Origin: Lachnospiraceae bacterium
GTDB taxonomy: Bacteria; Bacillota; Clostridia; Lachnospirales; Lachnospiraceae
Reading direction: 5' to 3'
Length of the DNA stretch: 64,000 bases
NCBI GenBank assembly: GCA_017553695.1
Contig: JAFZKG010000112.1
Coordinates: 19,975 to 83,974 of the forward strand
The notes below the pieces were generated by a model, which was not told the DNA's origin, ran no database searches, and saw nothing but the letters and a program-made list of their open reading frames with translations. This document shows positions 29,682 to 38,663 of the stretch, in pieces. Position numbers and translations under genes: made by a program. Within the stretch, counting starts at the first letter, position 1; each line of letters opens with the position of its first letter.

Positions 29682-31157
29682 ATGGGTGAATTCAGACTGA
29701 AACCAGGTATTCCGTTCGAGGGAACATCAATAGCCGAGGAGGCCCCTGAGGGCAGTATCCGCAACAACACAAATTCCAATACACACATTCCTCCGCATCC
29801 GCCGGTGCTGAAAAGCAAAGTCTTTGCAGATGGCATCGAGGACAGCTGGCTGGAATATATTCCAGATGACCTGAACAAAGAGGCAAAGCCACCACTTATC
29901 ATCGCCTGCCATGGCGGTGGGGCACAGGCTCAGTGGCAGTTTGAAGAGACTTCCTGGTGCTATATCGCAGAGCAGGAAGGATGCGTTGCCGTATTTCCAA
30001 ATGCCGGCGGCGTCCGCAGGGCATGGCTGACGGTTGATGATCCGGAGAAGGCGAACGAACTGCCAAATATGATGGAGATTTTTGGCTCCTCTCCGGATGG
30101 ACGCGTTCCGGAGACCCACCATCACATTCAGTTTCTGAAAGCTCTGATCAAAGAAATGCACGAGCAGTATAACATTGATGAAGGCAGGGTCTATCTGCAG
30201 GGCATGTCGATGGGAGATATCATGACCATGATGTTTGCCCGTGTCTGCGGCGACCTTCTGGCAGGCATCGACAGCACGGCTGGCCCATCGGCGCAGATCG
30301 CACTGTTTGATGAAGAGGGGAACGTGAAAGCCTCCAAGTGCCCGGTACCGGTGTATCAGTCCCGCGGTGAGCTGGATGATATCGTGGCTGCCCCTGTTGC
30401 AGGAAAAGAAAACACCACCCGTCAGGATGTCAACTACGTGAACCGGGAATACTGGCTGAAAGTAAATGAATGCGATTCCCTGCCGCGTCTTTCCATCCTG
30501 GATGTGAACAACTTCGCTTTCTATACCGGGAAAAAGGCCAATCTGGTGTACCGGGATGTGAAACACAGATCCCACGGTCAGACTCTGGACGATGCTTACT
30601 GGGCATGGAACACCTTGTTCAAGGGAACGCGCCGCAACCCGGATGGCAGCATCAGCTGTCTGGATACGGACTATTCCGCACGGGGAGACGTGGATGCCGC
30701 AGCACTTTGCGACGGCTGTGAATATGCCTACATTAACAATAGCCGCGTGAAACTGGAGGCTCCGGCTTTCCTGGAGACCATCACGAACTTTGATTTTAAC
30801 GTCCACCACCGCGTGGATTACAAGCAGGAACTGTACGTGCCAGTGAGTTTCCTGAGTCAGTATTTTGACATTGGCGTGGATTACGCTGCGGATGGACGCA
30901 GTGCCATTCTTCATTGCCCGGAAGGAGACTGCGAGATCGCGGAGGCAAGCGTGGGCACTCTGTGGAACGGATTCCTGAGATCCATGTTCATGCCGGTCGT
31001 CCGGAAGGACGGCATACTCTTCGTGGCAGTGCGCTGGTTCGCGCAGGTCATTTTCAGCATGCATGTCACGGAATGCGATGGCGCAATGTACATCTCTGAT
31101 CATCATGGAGAGATGAGTAAGGACATGGCATATATCATTAAGGAGATACTCTCCTGA
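29682..31157 (+). CDS. alpha/beta-hydrolase esterase (PHB-depolymerase/LpqC-like) with C-terminal copper-amine-oxidase-N-like 'stalk' domain
   Basis: Start taken at ATG 29682 after the RBS GGAAAGGAG. 'LIIACHGGG' and the nucleophile elbow 'GMSMGD'. The C-terminal 'YVPVSFLSQYFDIGVDYAADGRSAIL' is stalk-domain-like. No obvious signal peptide. Confidence 0.7.
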   Translation: MGEFRLKPGIPFEGTSIAEEAPEGSIRNNTNSNTHIPPHPPVLKSKVFADGIEDSWLEYIPDDLNKEAKPPLIIACHGGGAQAQWQFEETSWCYIAEQEGCVAVFPNAGGVRRAWLTVDDPEKANELPNMMEIFGSSPDGRVPETHHHIQFLKALIKEMHEQYNIDEGRVYLQGMSMGDIMTMMFARVCGDLLAGIDSTAGPSAQIALFDEEGNVKASKCPVPVYQSRGELDDIVAAPVAGKENTTRQDVNYVNREYWLKVNECDSLPRLSILDVNNFAFYTGKKANLVYRDVKHRSHGQTLDDAYWAWNTLFKGTRRNPDGSISCLDTDYSARGDVDAAALCDGCEYAYINNSRVKLEAPAFLETITNFDFNVHHRVDYKQELYVPVSFLSQYFDIGVDYAADGRSAILHCPEGDCEIAEASVGTLWNGFLRSMFMPVVRKDGILFVAVRWFAQVIFSMHVTECDGAMYISDHHGEMSKDMAYIIKEILS

Positions 31158-31177
31158 CATTTTGATAAAAATCTGAT

Positions 31178-31209
31178 AAAGGCTGCCACTTTGTGTGGCA
31201 GCCTTTTTG
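31178..31209 (+). terminator. rho-independent terminator ending operon 1
   Basis: AAAGGCTGCCAC / GTGGCAGCCTTT stem with a 4-nt loop, followed by a T-run. Confidence 0.8.
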
Positions 31210-31289
31210 CTATAAAGATAGATTTTGACAGGAAAACGTACTATAATATATCTTGGTTTTTTATGTAAACTTGTAAAGGAGAGAAACCA

Positions 31290-32468
31290 ATGAAAATACT
31301 GGTTACAGGCGCCGAAGGTTTTGTCGGACAAAACCTTTGCGCAGAGCTTGTGAACAGAGGATATGACGTCCTGAAATATGATCTTTCCTCGGGAGAAGAA
31401 GCGCTGGAAGCTTATTGCAGAGAGGCAGAATTTGTATTTCATCTGGCCGGTGTTAACCGCCCTGTCGATGAGCAGGAATTTTTCGAAGGTAATGCGGATT
31501 TTTCCGCACATCTTTGTGAACTGTTGAAGAAAAACGAGCGGACGGTCCCGATCGCGATGACTTCTTCCATCCAGGCAGCATTGGATAATGCGTACGGAAA
31601 GAGTAAGGTCCTGGGAGAGGAAGCATTGTTTGCCTATCGCGAAGAGATGGGAGCTGCTGTTTATGTATTCCGCCTGCCGAATATTTTCGGCAAATGGAGC
31701 AGACCGAATTACAACAGTATGGTAGCGACTTTCTGCCATAATATCGCCCGTGAAGAACCGATCACGATCCATTCCAAAAGTGCCATTGTGCCGCTTCTTT
31801 ATATCGATGATCTGGTGGAAGTACTGATCGCGCTGACGGAAGGGGAAGAACCGCAGATCCTTACCAAAGAGATCCTGGAAGACCTTCTCCCATACACAAA
31901 GAGAGAACAGATCGAAGCAGCATTGGAAGGTCATACTTATTATACGGCCAGACCGGTCCACAAAGAGAGCGTCGGTCATGTGGCAGAACTTCTGTATTCA
32001 TTCCGTGCATCACGGGAAAGCAAAATGGTCCCGTATCTGAAAGACGGCTTTGAAAAGAAACTGTACAGCACCTATTTGAGTTTTCTGCCGGAAGATTCGT
32101 TCGCGTACGATCTGAAGATGAATGAGGGAGTGGGGAGTTGCTTCACGGAACTCATCAAGAGCGAGGACCGGGGACAGGTCTCTGTCAATATCATACAGCC
32201 GGGCATTACAAAGGGGAATCACTGGCATCAGAGCAAAAACGAAAAGTTCATTGTAGTAAAAGGCGAAGGCATCATCCGTCTGCGCAGGCTGGATTCAGAA
32301 GTAGTACTGGAATACTTGGTTTCAGGTGAGCAGATCCGTGCGGTAGACATTCCGCCGGGATACACACACAACATCACCAACCTCGGAGAAGATGATCTGG
32401 TGACGGTGATGTGGGCAAATGAACCATTTGACCCGGATAACCCGGACACCTTTTATCTGGAAGTATAA
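31290..32468 (+). CDS. capF: CapF/FnlB-type bifunctional SDR + cupin enzyme of the UDP-L-FucNAc pathway
   Basis: 392 aa. 'MKILVTGAEGFVGQNL', 'FHLAGVNRP', 'NIFGKWSRPNYNSMVATFCHNIAR' and the C-terminal 'DRGQVSVNIIQPGITKGNHWHQSKNEKFIVVKG..GYTHNITNLG', closely like S. aureus Cap5F as I recall it. Confidence 0.9.
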   Translation: MKILVTGAEGFVGQNLCAELVNRGYDVLKYDLSSGEEALEAYCREAEFVFHLAGVNRPVDEQEFFEGNADFSAHLCELLKKNERTVPIAMTSSIQAALDNAYGKSKVLGEEALFAYREEMGAAVYVFRLPNIFGKWSRPNYNSMVATFCHNIAREEPITIHSKSAIVPLLYIDDLVEVLIALTEGEEPQILTKEILEDLLPYTKREQIEAALEGHTYYTARPVHKESVGHVAELLYSFRASRESKMVPYLKDGFEKKLYSTYLSFLPEDSFAYDLKMNEGVGSCFTELIKSEDRGQVSVNIIQPGITKGNHWHQSKNEKFIVVKGEGIIRLRRLDSEVVLEYLVSGEQIRAVDIPPGYTHNITNLGEDDLVTVMWANEPFDPDNPDTFYLEV

Positions 32469-32479
32469 AGGAGAATGAT

Positions 32480-33496
32480 ATGGGAACGTTTACAGGCAAG
32501 ACCCTGATGATCACAGGCGGCACCGGGAGTTTCGGAAACGCTGTGCTGGACCGGTTTCTGGATACGGATATCGGTGAGATCCGCATCTTTTCCCGCGATG
32601 AAAAGAAGCAGGATGACATGCGGAAGAAATATAAGAATGACAAGATCCGATTCTATATCGGTGACGTGCGCGAAAAGCAGAGCGTTGTAAATGCGATCAA
32701 CGGTGTGGACTTCATTTTCCATGCCGCTGCCCTGAAACAGGTACCAAGCTGTGAATTCTTCCCGATGGAAGCAGTCAAGACGAACATCATCGGAACGAAC
32801 AATGTTCTGGAGGCAGCAGTCGAAGCCAGTGTGAAAAAGATCGTCTGTCTTTCCACGGACAAAGCGGCTTATCCGATCAACGCCATGGGGATATCCAAAG
32901 CCATGATGGAAAAAGTGATCATCGCGAAAGCGAGGACCCTGCCAAAAGATAAGACCACGATCTGCGTGACCAGGTATGGCAATGTGATATGCAGCCGGGG
33001 AAGTGTGATCCCGCTCTTTATCGATCAGATCAAAAGCGGACAGCCACTGACTGTTACAAATCCAAACATGACCCGTTTCCTGATGGATCTGAAGGAAGCC
33101 GTCGATCTGGTACTGTATGCATTTGAAAACGGCGATCCCGGCGATCTGTTCGTCCGCAAGTCACCTGCCAGTACGATCGGTGATCTGGCGGAAGCCGTAC
33201 GCGAATTGTTCGATCCGTCTGCAAGGATCCACTTCATCGGGATCCGTCATGGAGAGAAGATGAGCGAGACCTTGATGACAGCAGAGGAATACAGCAAAGC
33301 TGAGGATCTGGGCGAGTACTTCCGCATTCCGGTGGATGCACGTGACCTGAATTATGAAAAGTATTATGAAGATGGCAATACCGAGATCAGGCAGGACGAG
33401 AGTTTCACCTCAGATAATACCAGTCTGCTCAGCGTAGAAGAGATAAAGGAGCTGCTCCTTAAGCAGCAGTATGTGAAAGAAAGGATCTGCCAATGA
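32480..33496 (+). CDS. capE: CapE/FnlA-type UDP-GlcNAc 4,6-dehydratase/5-epimerase
   Basis: 338 aa. 'LMITGGTGSFGNAVLDRFL', 'IRIFSRDEKKQDDMRKKY', 'FHAAALKQVPSCEFFP', 'LSTDKAAYPINAMGISKAMMEK' and 'TRYGNVICSRGSVIPLFIDQI'. Confidence 0.93.
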   Translation: MGTFTGKTLMITGGTGSFGNAVLDRFLDTDIGEIRIFSRDEKKQDDMRKKYKNDKIRFYIGDVREKQSVVNAINGVDFIFHAAALKQVPSCEFFPMEAVKTNIIGTNNVLEAAVEASVKKIVCLSTDKAAYPINAMGISKAMMEKVIIAKARTLPKDKTTICVTRYGNVICSRGSVIPLFIDQIKSGQPLTVTNPNMTRFLMDLKEAVDLVLYAFENGDPGDLFVRKSPASTIGDLAEAVRELFDPSARIHFIGIRHGEKMSETLMTAEEYSKAEDLGEYFRIPVDARDLNYEKYYEDGNTEIRQDESFTSDNTSLLSVEEIKELLLKQQYVKERICQ

Positions 33497-34620
33497 AAAA
33501 GCTGAAAGTGATGACAGTCGTCGGGACACGGCCGGAGATCATCCGTCTGGCTGAGACGATCAAGGCGTGTGACCGGTATTTTGATCATGTGCTGGTGCAT
33601 ACCGGGCAGAATTATGATTACAAACTGAATCAGGTGTTTTTTGAAGATCTGGAACTGCGGGAGCCGGACTATTATCTGGATGCGGCCGGAGAAACTTTGG
33701 GCGATACCATGGGCAACATCATCGCAAAAAGCTACCGCGTCATTTCAGAGGAAAAGCCGGATGCACTTCTGGTGCTTGGCGATACCAATTCCGCCTTGTG
33801 CGCGATTTCTGCCAAACGGCTGAAGGTACCGATCTTCCATATGGAAGCCGGAAACCGCTGCTGGGACTGGAACGTTTCAGAGATGATAAACCGCAAGATC
33901 GTTGATCACATCTCAGACATCAACCTGCCATATACGGAAAACTCCAGACGATATCTGCTGGAGGAAGGGATCGACGGCAAGACGATCTTTGTGACCGGAT
34001 CCCCGATGAAAGAACTCCTGGATAAATACAGTGAAAAGATCGAGGAGAGCAAGGTCCTTTCCGAACTGGGCGTGGAGCCGGGAAAATATTTTCTGGTTTC
34101 TGCCCATCGCGAGGAGAATATCGATCTGGAAGATAATTTCCTGTCCCTGATGAATGCGCTCAATGAAGTGGCAGAGAGATATCAGATGCCGGTCATTTAT
34201 TCCACGCATCCGAGAAGCAGAAAGTTTATAGAGAAACGCGATTTCCAATTTCATCCATTGGTCAGGAGCATGGAACCATTCGGTTTCTTTGACTATAACA
34301 AACTGCAAAAGAACGCTTTCTGCGTATTGTCCGATTCCGGAACGTTGTCGGAGGAGAGCGCAATGAGCCGCTTTGCCGGGGTGCTGATCCGTACGTCAAC
34401 GGAGCGCCCGGAGGCGCTGGACATGGGAAGTGTCGTAATCGGAGGAATCGATACGGAAACGATCCTCCAGGCAATTGAACTGGCTGTATCAATCCGTGAA
34501 GACGGAGATGCGTTTGAACTGAACGCGGACTATTCACAACAGAACGTATCAATGAAAGTGGTCAAGATCCTGCAGAGTTATACAGATATCGTGAACAGGA
34601 CGGTATGGCTGAAAAAATGA
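33493..34620 (+). CDS. capG: non-hydrolysing UDP-N-acetylhexosamine 2-epimerase (CapG/FnlC type)
   Basis: 375 aa. 'VMTVVGTRPEIIRLA', 'HTGQNYD', 'VLGDTNS' and 'HMEAGNRC'. ATGA overlap with capE. Confidence 0.9.
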   Translation: MKKLKVMTVVGTRPEIIRLAETIKACDRYFDHVLVHTGQNYDYKLNQVFFEDLELREPDYYLDAAGETLGDTMGNIIAKSYRVISEEKPDALLVLGDTNSALCAISAKRLKVPIFHMEAGNRCWDWNVSEMINRKIVDHISDINLPYTENSRRYLLEEGIDGKTIFVTGSPMKELLDKYSEKIEESKVLSELGVEPGKYFLVSAHREENIDLEDNFLSLMNALNEVAERYQMPVIYSTHPRSRKFIEKRDFQFHPLVRSMEPFGFFDYNKLQKNAFCVLSDSGTLSEESAMSRFAGVLIRTSTERPEALDMGSVVIGGIDTETILQAIELAVSIREDGDAFELNADYSQQNVSMKVVKILQSYTDIVNRTVWLKK

Positions 34621-35834
34621 AGATCCTCGTCGTCTGTCAGCATTATTGGCCGGAAAATTTCCGGATCAATGATATCGTGGAAGGATTCCTGGAACGCGGG
34701 CATGAAGTAGACGTGCTCTGCGGACAGCCAAACTATCCGGAAGGCGAGTTTTATGACGGATACGACGCACACAGCATAAAAGAAGAGACGCACGGTAAGG
34801 TCCGGATCTTCCGGACTTATGAGATCAAGCGCGGGTCGAATACGAATCTTCGGATCTTCCTGAACTATATGGCTTATCCGGTTGCCAGCGGGATCCGAGT
34901 GAAAAAACTGCTGAAGAATGATTATGACAAAGTCTTCATTTATCAGCTTTCGCCGGTCATGATGGCTTACGCAGGACTAAAGTTCGCAAAGAAAAAGAAG
35001 ATCGGATGTGCGATGTACATCCTGGACATCTGGCCGCAGAACCTGTATTCGGTGATTCCGATCAAAAACAAAGCAATCCGGAAATTTCTGTATGCATGGT
35101 CCATGTGGTATTACAAAAAGCCGACGCAGCTGATCACGGTTTCTGAAAAAATGCGGCAGTACTTCCTGCAAGTGCTTGGGAAGAAAGAAAATGAGATCAC
35201 ATTCATCCCGCAATGTCCGGAAAAACTGTACGAAGAGGAAGTGCACGACCCGGAACTGGAGGCAAGGTTTTCCGGCGGATTTAACGTGGTTTATACGGGA
35301 AATATTTCGCCCGCACAGGATCTGGAAACGATCACAGAGGCCGCAAAGATCTGCATCGACAATGGATTGCCGGATCTCCGCTTTATCATTGTGGGTGACG
35401 GCATGAGCCGTACACATTTTGAAGACCTGGTGGAAAAAGCCGGGATCAAAGAGCATTTTTATTTTGAAGGGTTCCATCCGATCGAAGACGTTCCGAAATA
35501 TACGGATATTGCGGATGCGCTTCTGGGAACACTGAAAAAAGACGGGCTGGAAGATTATTCCATTCCGGCCAAGGTCATGAGTTACCTGGCAGCAGGAAAG
35601 CCGCTTCTTCTGGCGATGGAAGGGGAGCCGGAACAGATCTTAAGGGAAGCAGACTGCGGACTGTCTTCCAAACCGGGAGACGCGATGGCGCTGGCTGATA
35701 ATATTAAAAAGCTTTACCACATGCCGGAAGCAGAACGAAAAGAGCTGGGCGAACATGCGAGAGTCTATCAGCAGGCACATTTTGAACGTGACCGGAACAT
35801 CGACAGGATGCTGGAGGTCATAAAGCGCGCATGA
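34605..35834 (+). CDS. GT4 glycosyltransferase, WbuB-like (putative L-FucNAc transferase)
   Basis: 'MKILVVCQHYWPENFRINDIVEGFLERGHEVDVLCGQPNYPEG' is typical of the WbuB family. The start is ATG 34605, or ATG 34617 (ATGA overlap with capG). Confidence 0.8.
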   Translation: MAEKMKILVVCQHYWPENFRINDIVEGFLERGHEVDVLCGQPNYPEGEFYDGYDAHSIKEETHGKVRIFRTYEIKRGSNTNLRIFLNYMAYPVASGIRVKKLLKNDYDKVFIYQLSPVMMAYAGLKFAKKKKIGCAMYILDIWPQNLYSVIPIKNKAIRKFLYAWSMWYYKKPTQLITVSEKMRQYFLQVLGKKENEITFIPQCPEKLYEEEVHDPELEARFSGGFNVVYTGNISPAQDLETITEAAKICIDNGLPDLRFIIVGDGMSRTHFEDLVEKAGIKEHFYFEGFHPIEDVPKYTDIADALLGTLKKDGLEDYSIPAKVMSYLAAGKPLLLAMEGEPEQILREADCGLSSKPGDAMALADNIKKLYHMPEAERKELGEHARVYQQAHFERDRNIDRMLEVIKRA

Positions 35835-36547
35835 AGAAACTGATCATCATTCCGGCATATAATGAAGAAAAGAGCCTTCTGCAGGTGATCGCGGACATCC
35901 GGGAAAATGCACCGGATTACGATTATGTTGTCATCAATGATGCGTCCACCGATCAGACGAAAAAGGTGTGCGAAGATAATCAGATCCACTTTCTGGACCT
36001 GGCCAGCAACCTGGGAATCGGAGGGGCAGTGCAGACCGGTTATCAGTATGCCCTGTATGAGGGATATGACATCGCGGTCCAGCTGGACGGAGATGGCCAG
36101 CATATGGCAACGTCTCTGCGGGAGATGGAGCGCGAACTGAAAACAGAGGAGAACGGGAACGGAACAGCAGATCTGGTCATCGGTTCCCGGTTCATTGATA
36201 AAGAAGGTTTCCAGTCCACAGGACTGCGGCGCATCGGGATCGGCTTTCTAGGCTGGCTGATCCGGTGTGTGACAGGAAATAAGGTCACCGATCCGTCTTC
36301 GGGTCTTCGCATGGGAAATAATGAAGTGATCAAAATCTTCGCGAATGCGTATCCGTGGGATTATCCGGAACCGGAGAGTCTGGTGACAATTGCAAAGAGA
36401 AATCTGTCGATCCGGGAAGTGCCGGTCGTCATGAGAGAACGGCAGGGTGGAAAATCCTCCATCGGGAATCCGCTGAAAGCCGTGTACTACATGATCAAGG
36501 TGAGCTGTGGCATATTAATCGAGGCAGCAGGAAGGAGAAACGCATGA
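35831..36547 (+). CDS. GT2 glycosyltransferase (small, DUF2304-associated type)
   Basis: 238 aa. 'LIIIPAYNEE', 'VVINDASTDQT' and 'VQLDGDGQH' (DxD). Confidence 0.85.
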   Translation: MKKLIIIPAYNEEKSLLQVIADIRENAPDYDYVVINDASTDQTKKVCEDNQIHFLDLASNLGIGGAVQTGYQYALYEGYDIAVQLDGDGQHMATSLREMERELKTEENGNGTADLVIGSRFIDKEGFQSTGLRRIGIGFLGWLIRCVTGNKVTDPSSGLRMGNNEVIKIFANAYPWDYPEPESLVTIAKRNLSIREVPVVMRERQGGKSSIGNPLKAVYYMIKVSCGILIEAAGRRNA

Positions 36548-36897
36548 CACTGAAACTGCAGATCGTTGTGATCGTGATCGCCGTACTGGCGATACTGCTG
36601 ACGTTTGTGCTGATCAAAAAAGGAAAACTGGGACTGAAGATCACGCTTCCCTGGCTGATCGTTTATATCCTGGTGATCATTTTTGCAGCCATCCCGAAAC
36701 TGATGGATAAAGCAGCGGATCTGATCGGCATCTACGATCCGGTTAACATGATCTTCTTTCTGGCCATAGTGTTTTTGATGCTGATCATTTATTCACTGAC
36801 GTTTTCGGTTTATGAAAACCGGAAGAAAACAAGAGACCTGATCCAGAAGGTCGCGTACCTGGAAGAAAAACTGGGACAGAAACCGGATGACCGATAA
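36544..36897 (+). CDS. DUF2304-like small membrane protein
   Basis: Start taken at ATG 36544 (MTLKLQIVVIVIAVLAILL..), which gives an ATGA overlap with the GT2 stop. Three TM segments plus a C-terminal amphipathic tail. The longer ORF-track start at 36355 would overlap the GT2 gene. Confidence 0.7.
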   Translation: MTLKLQIVVIVIAVLAILLTFVLIKKGKLGLKITLPWLIVYILVIIFAAIPKLMDKAADLIGIYDPVNMIFFLAIVFLMLIIYSLTFSVYENRKKTRDLIQKVAYLEEKLGQKPDDR

Positions 36898-38662
36898 CCA
36901 TACCCGCAAGGGAACATTCCTGAATATCATCCTGGCGGCCGTCCTGACAGCGGCCTTTGTGATCGTGGTAAGGATCTTTTACGTCTTCACCTATGGCGTG
37001 ATCGATGACGCGTTCATCCAGATGGTTCTGTCCGGGGCATATACCGGAACTCCGGATGCACACGTGGTCTACATCAAGTATCCGCTGGCATGGATCCTGA
37101 AGATGTTGTTTACGGCTGTACCGGGCGTGAACTGGCATTTCCATCTGCTCACAGGCTGTTTTGTCGCGAGCGTGTTCCTGGTGGTATTCCGGATCTGCTC
37201 GAACATCAAAAAGATCCTGAACAGGATCCTGTTTTCAGTCCTGTTTGAACTGCTGTTTCTTCTCTGCTTGGCGAAGTGGTATACGACAGCGCATTATTCC
37301 ATGTGTGCCGGCGTACTGGTGGGAACGGCGATCTTTTATTTCCTGACGATCAAGAAAGACTGTTCGGCAGGAAACCGGATCCTGAATTACATCGTCTGTC
37401 TGCTGCTGTTATATCTGGCATACTGCCTGAGGGCACGGACTGTATTCATGCTCCTGCCATTGGCCTTTGTGGCGTTTTTATATCAGTTCTTCCGGGAAAA
37501 GCCTGCATTCCGGGCAAAGAATGTGATCCGATGGATCCTCTTTCCGATCCTGCTTTTTGCAGGGATTGCCGGGCTGGAACTGGGGCATCGGGCAGCATAC
37601 AGGTCCGAAGAATGGAAAGCGTTCCTGACCTTCAATGATGCCCGGACGACGCTGTATGATTTCTATGGCGTACCGCCATATGAAGGAAACGAAGCATTTT
37701 ATGGTTCGCTTGGCATCAGCAAAGAGCGGGCGTTGATGTATAAAGACGGGTATTATCTGGAGTTTACGGATGGCATGGAAGAAGACATGCTGCCACAGAT
37801 CGCGGAGTATGCGGTAAAGATCTCTTATGAGAAGGTGCCGTTTGGAGAGCGGCTTTTGCTGACGCTGAAGGCGCTTCCGAAAAACCTGGCAGCAAAGACC
37901 TACCGGCCAATGAGCCTGATCGCGGCAGGACTGTTTTTATTCCTCCTGATCGCATCGCTCTTTGCCCGGAAGAAAAAGCTCTTTCTGTTTCTGCTGCTTG
38001 GCATTGTGGCGTCGCTGATCCCGTGGCTTTACATGATCTTTATGGGAAAGCCGGCGGCGCGTGTTACATCCGGGATCTGGTACGCAGACATTCTGTTCGT
38101 GCTGGCTTTGTTCCTCTTCCACGCAGAAGAAGTCGCTGCGTGGATCGGGCGGAAAGAGAATGCGCCGGCCATTGTAAAGATGCTGGCAAAAGTGATCCTG
38201 GCAGCAGGATGCGCTGTACTCTTATTCGGTGGGATCTGGAAACAGTACGGAAAGGTTGAAAAAGATGCACATTCCATTCTTGCATCAGGCACGGTGCGGG
38301 CGAAACTCGAAGAATGGTGTGAATCCAATCCGGAAAACCTGTACGTGTGTGAATCGGATGTGATCACGCTGGGGTTTGACCAAAGCGTGATGGATGACAG
38401 TTTTCACAATTTGTACTGGCCGGGCGGCTGGCCAAGCAAGATGCCGCAGGCAAAAGAAATATGGGACCGCTATGGGATCACTTCCATCGAAACCGCGATC
38501 CTTACGAATGAACATGTTTATCTCATCGCGTTTGCAGACTGCGATATGACATACTGGACCGATTTCTACAAAGAAAAAGATCCGAATGTAAAACTGACAA
38601 AAACGGAAACACTGGAATTTGACGGCGTGGGATTTGCCGTCTACCGGTTACGGAGAAACTGA
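36887..38662 (+). CDS. large polytopic membrane protein, GT-C-like
   Basis: 591 aa. At least 10 TM segments, then a ~170-aa soluble C-terminal domain. Acidic motif 'YGVIDDAFIQMV' right after TM1. Confidence 0.55.
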   Translation: MTDNHTRKGTFLNIILAAVLTAAFVIVVRIFYVFTYGVIDDAFIQMVLSGAYTGTPDAHVVYIKYPLAWILKMLFTAVPGVNWHFHLLTGCFVASVFLVVFRICSNIKKILNRILFSVLFELLFLLCLAKWYTTAHYSMCAGVLVGTAIFYFLTIKKDCSAGNRILNYIVCLLLLYLAYCLRARTVFMLLPLAFVAFLYQFFREKPAFRAKNVIRWILFPILLFAGIAGLELGHRAAYRSEEWKAFLTFNDARTTLYDFYGVPPYEGNEAFYGSLGISKERALMYKDGYYLEFTDGMEEDMLPQIAEYAVKISYEKVPFGERLLLTLKALPKNLAAKTYRPMSLIAAGLFLFLLIASLFARKKKLFLFLLLGIVASLIPWLYMIFMGKPAARVTSGIWYADILFVLALFLFHAEEVAAWIGRKENAPAIVKMLAKVILAAGCAVLLFGGIWKQYGKVEKDAHSILASGTVRAKLEEWCESNPENLYVCESDVITLGFDQSVMDDSFHNLYWPGGWPSKMPQAKEIWDRYGITSIETAILTNEHVYLIAFADCDMTYWTDFYKEKDPNVKLTKTETLEFDGVGFAVYRLRRN

Positions 38663-38663
38663 T

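Noticed and set aside
31225-31247. TTGACA ... TATAAT pair upstream of capF
   Set aside because: The spacer is only 11 nt, too short for a functional sigma-A promoter as written. The real promoter of operon 2 remains unassigned.
29727-31979. 750-aa ORF on the minus strand spanning the esterase gene, the intergenic terminator and capF
   Set aside because: It lies entirely antisense to two plus-strand genes that carry strong family motifs (GMSMGD esterase; Cap5F-like). Its translation is Arg/His/Cys/Ile-rich with no recognisable domain. I consider it a codon-bias shadow ORF.
36355-36543. N-terminal extension of the DUF2304 ORF (the 180-aa version)
   Set aside because: The extension overlaps the 3' end of the GT2 gene in another frame and is hydrophilic and Gly/Arg-rich. 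The ATG at 36544 gives the canonical DUF2304 start and an ATGA junction.
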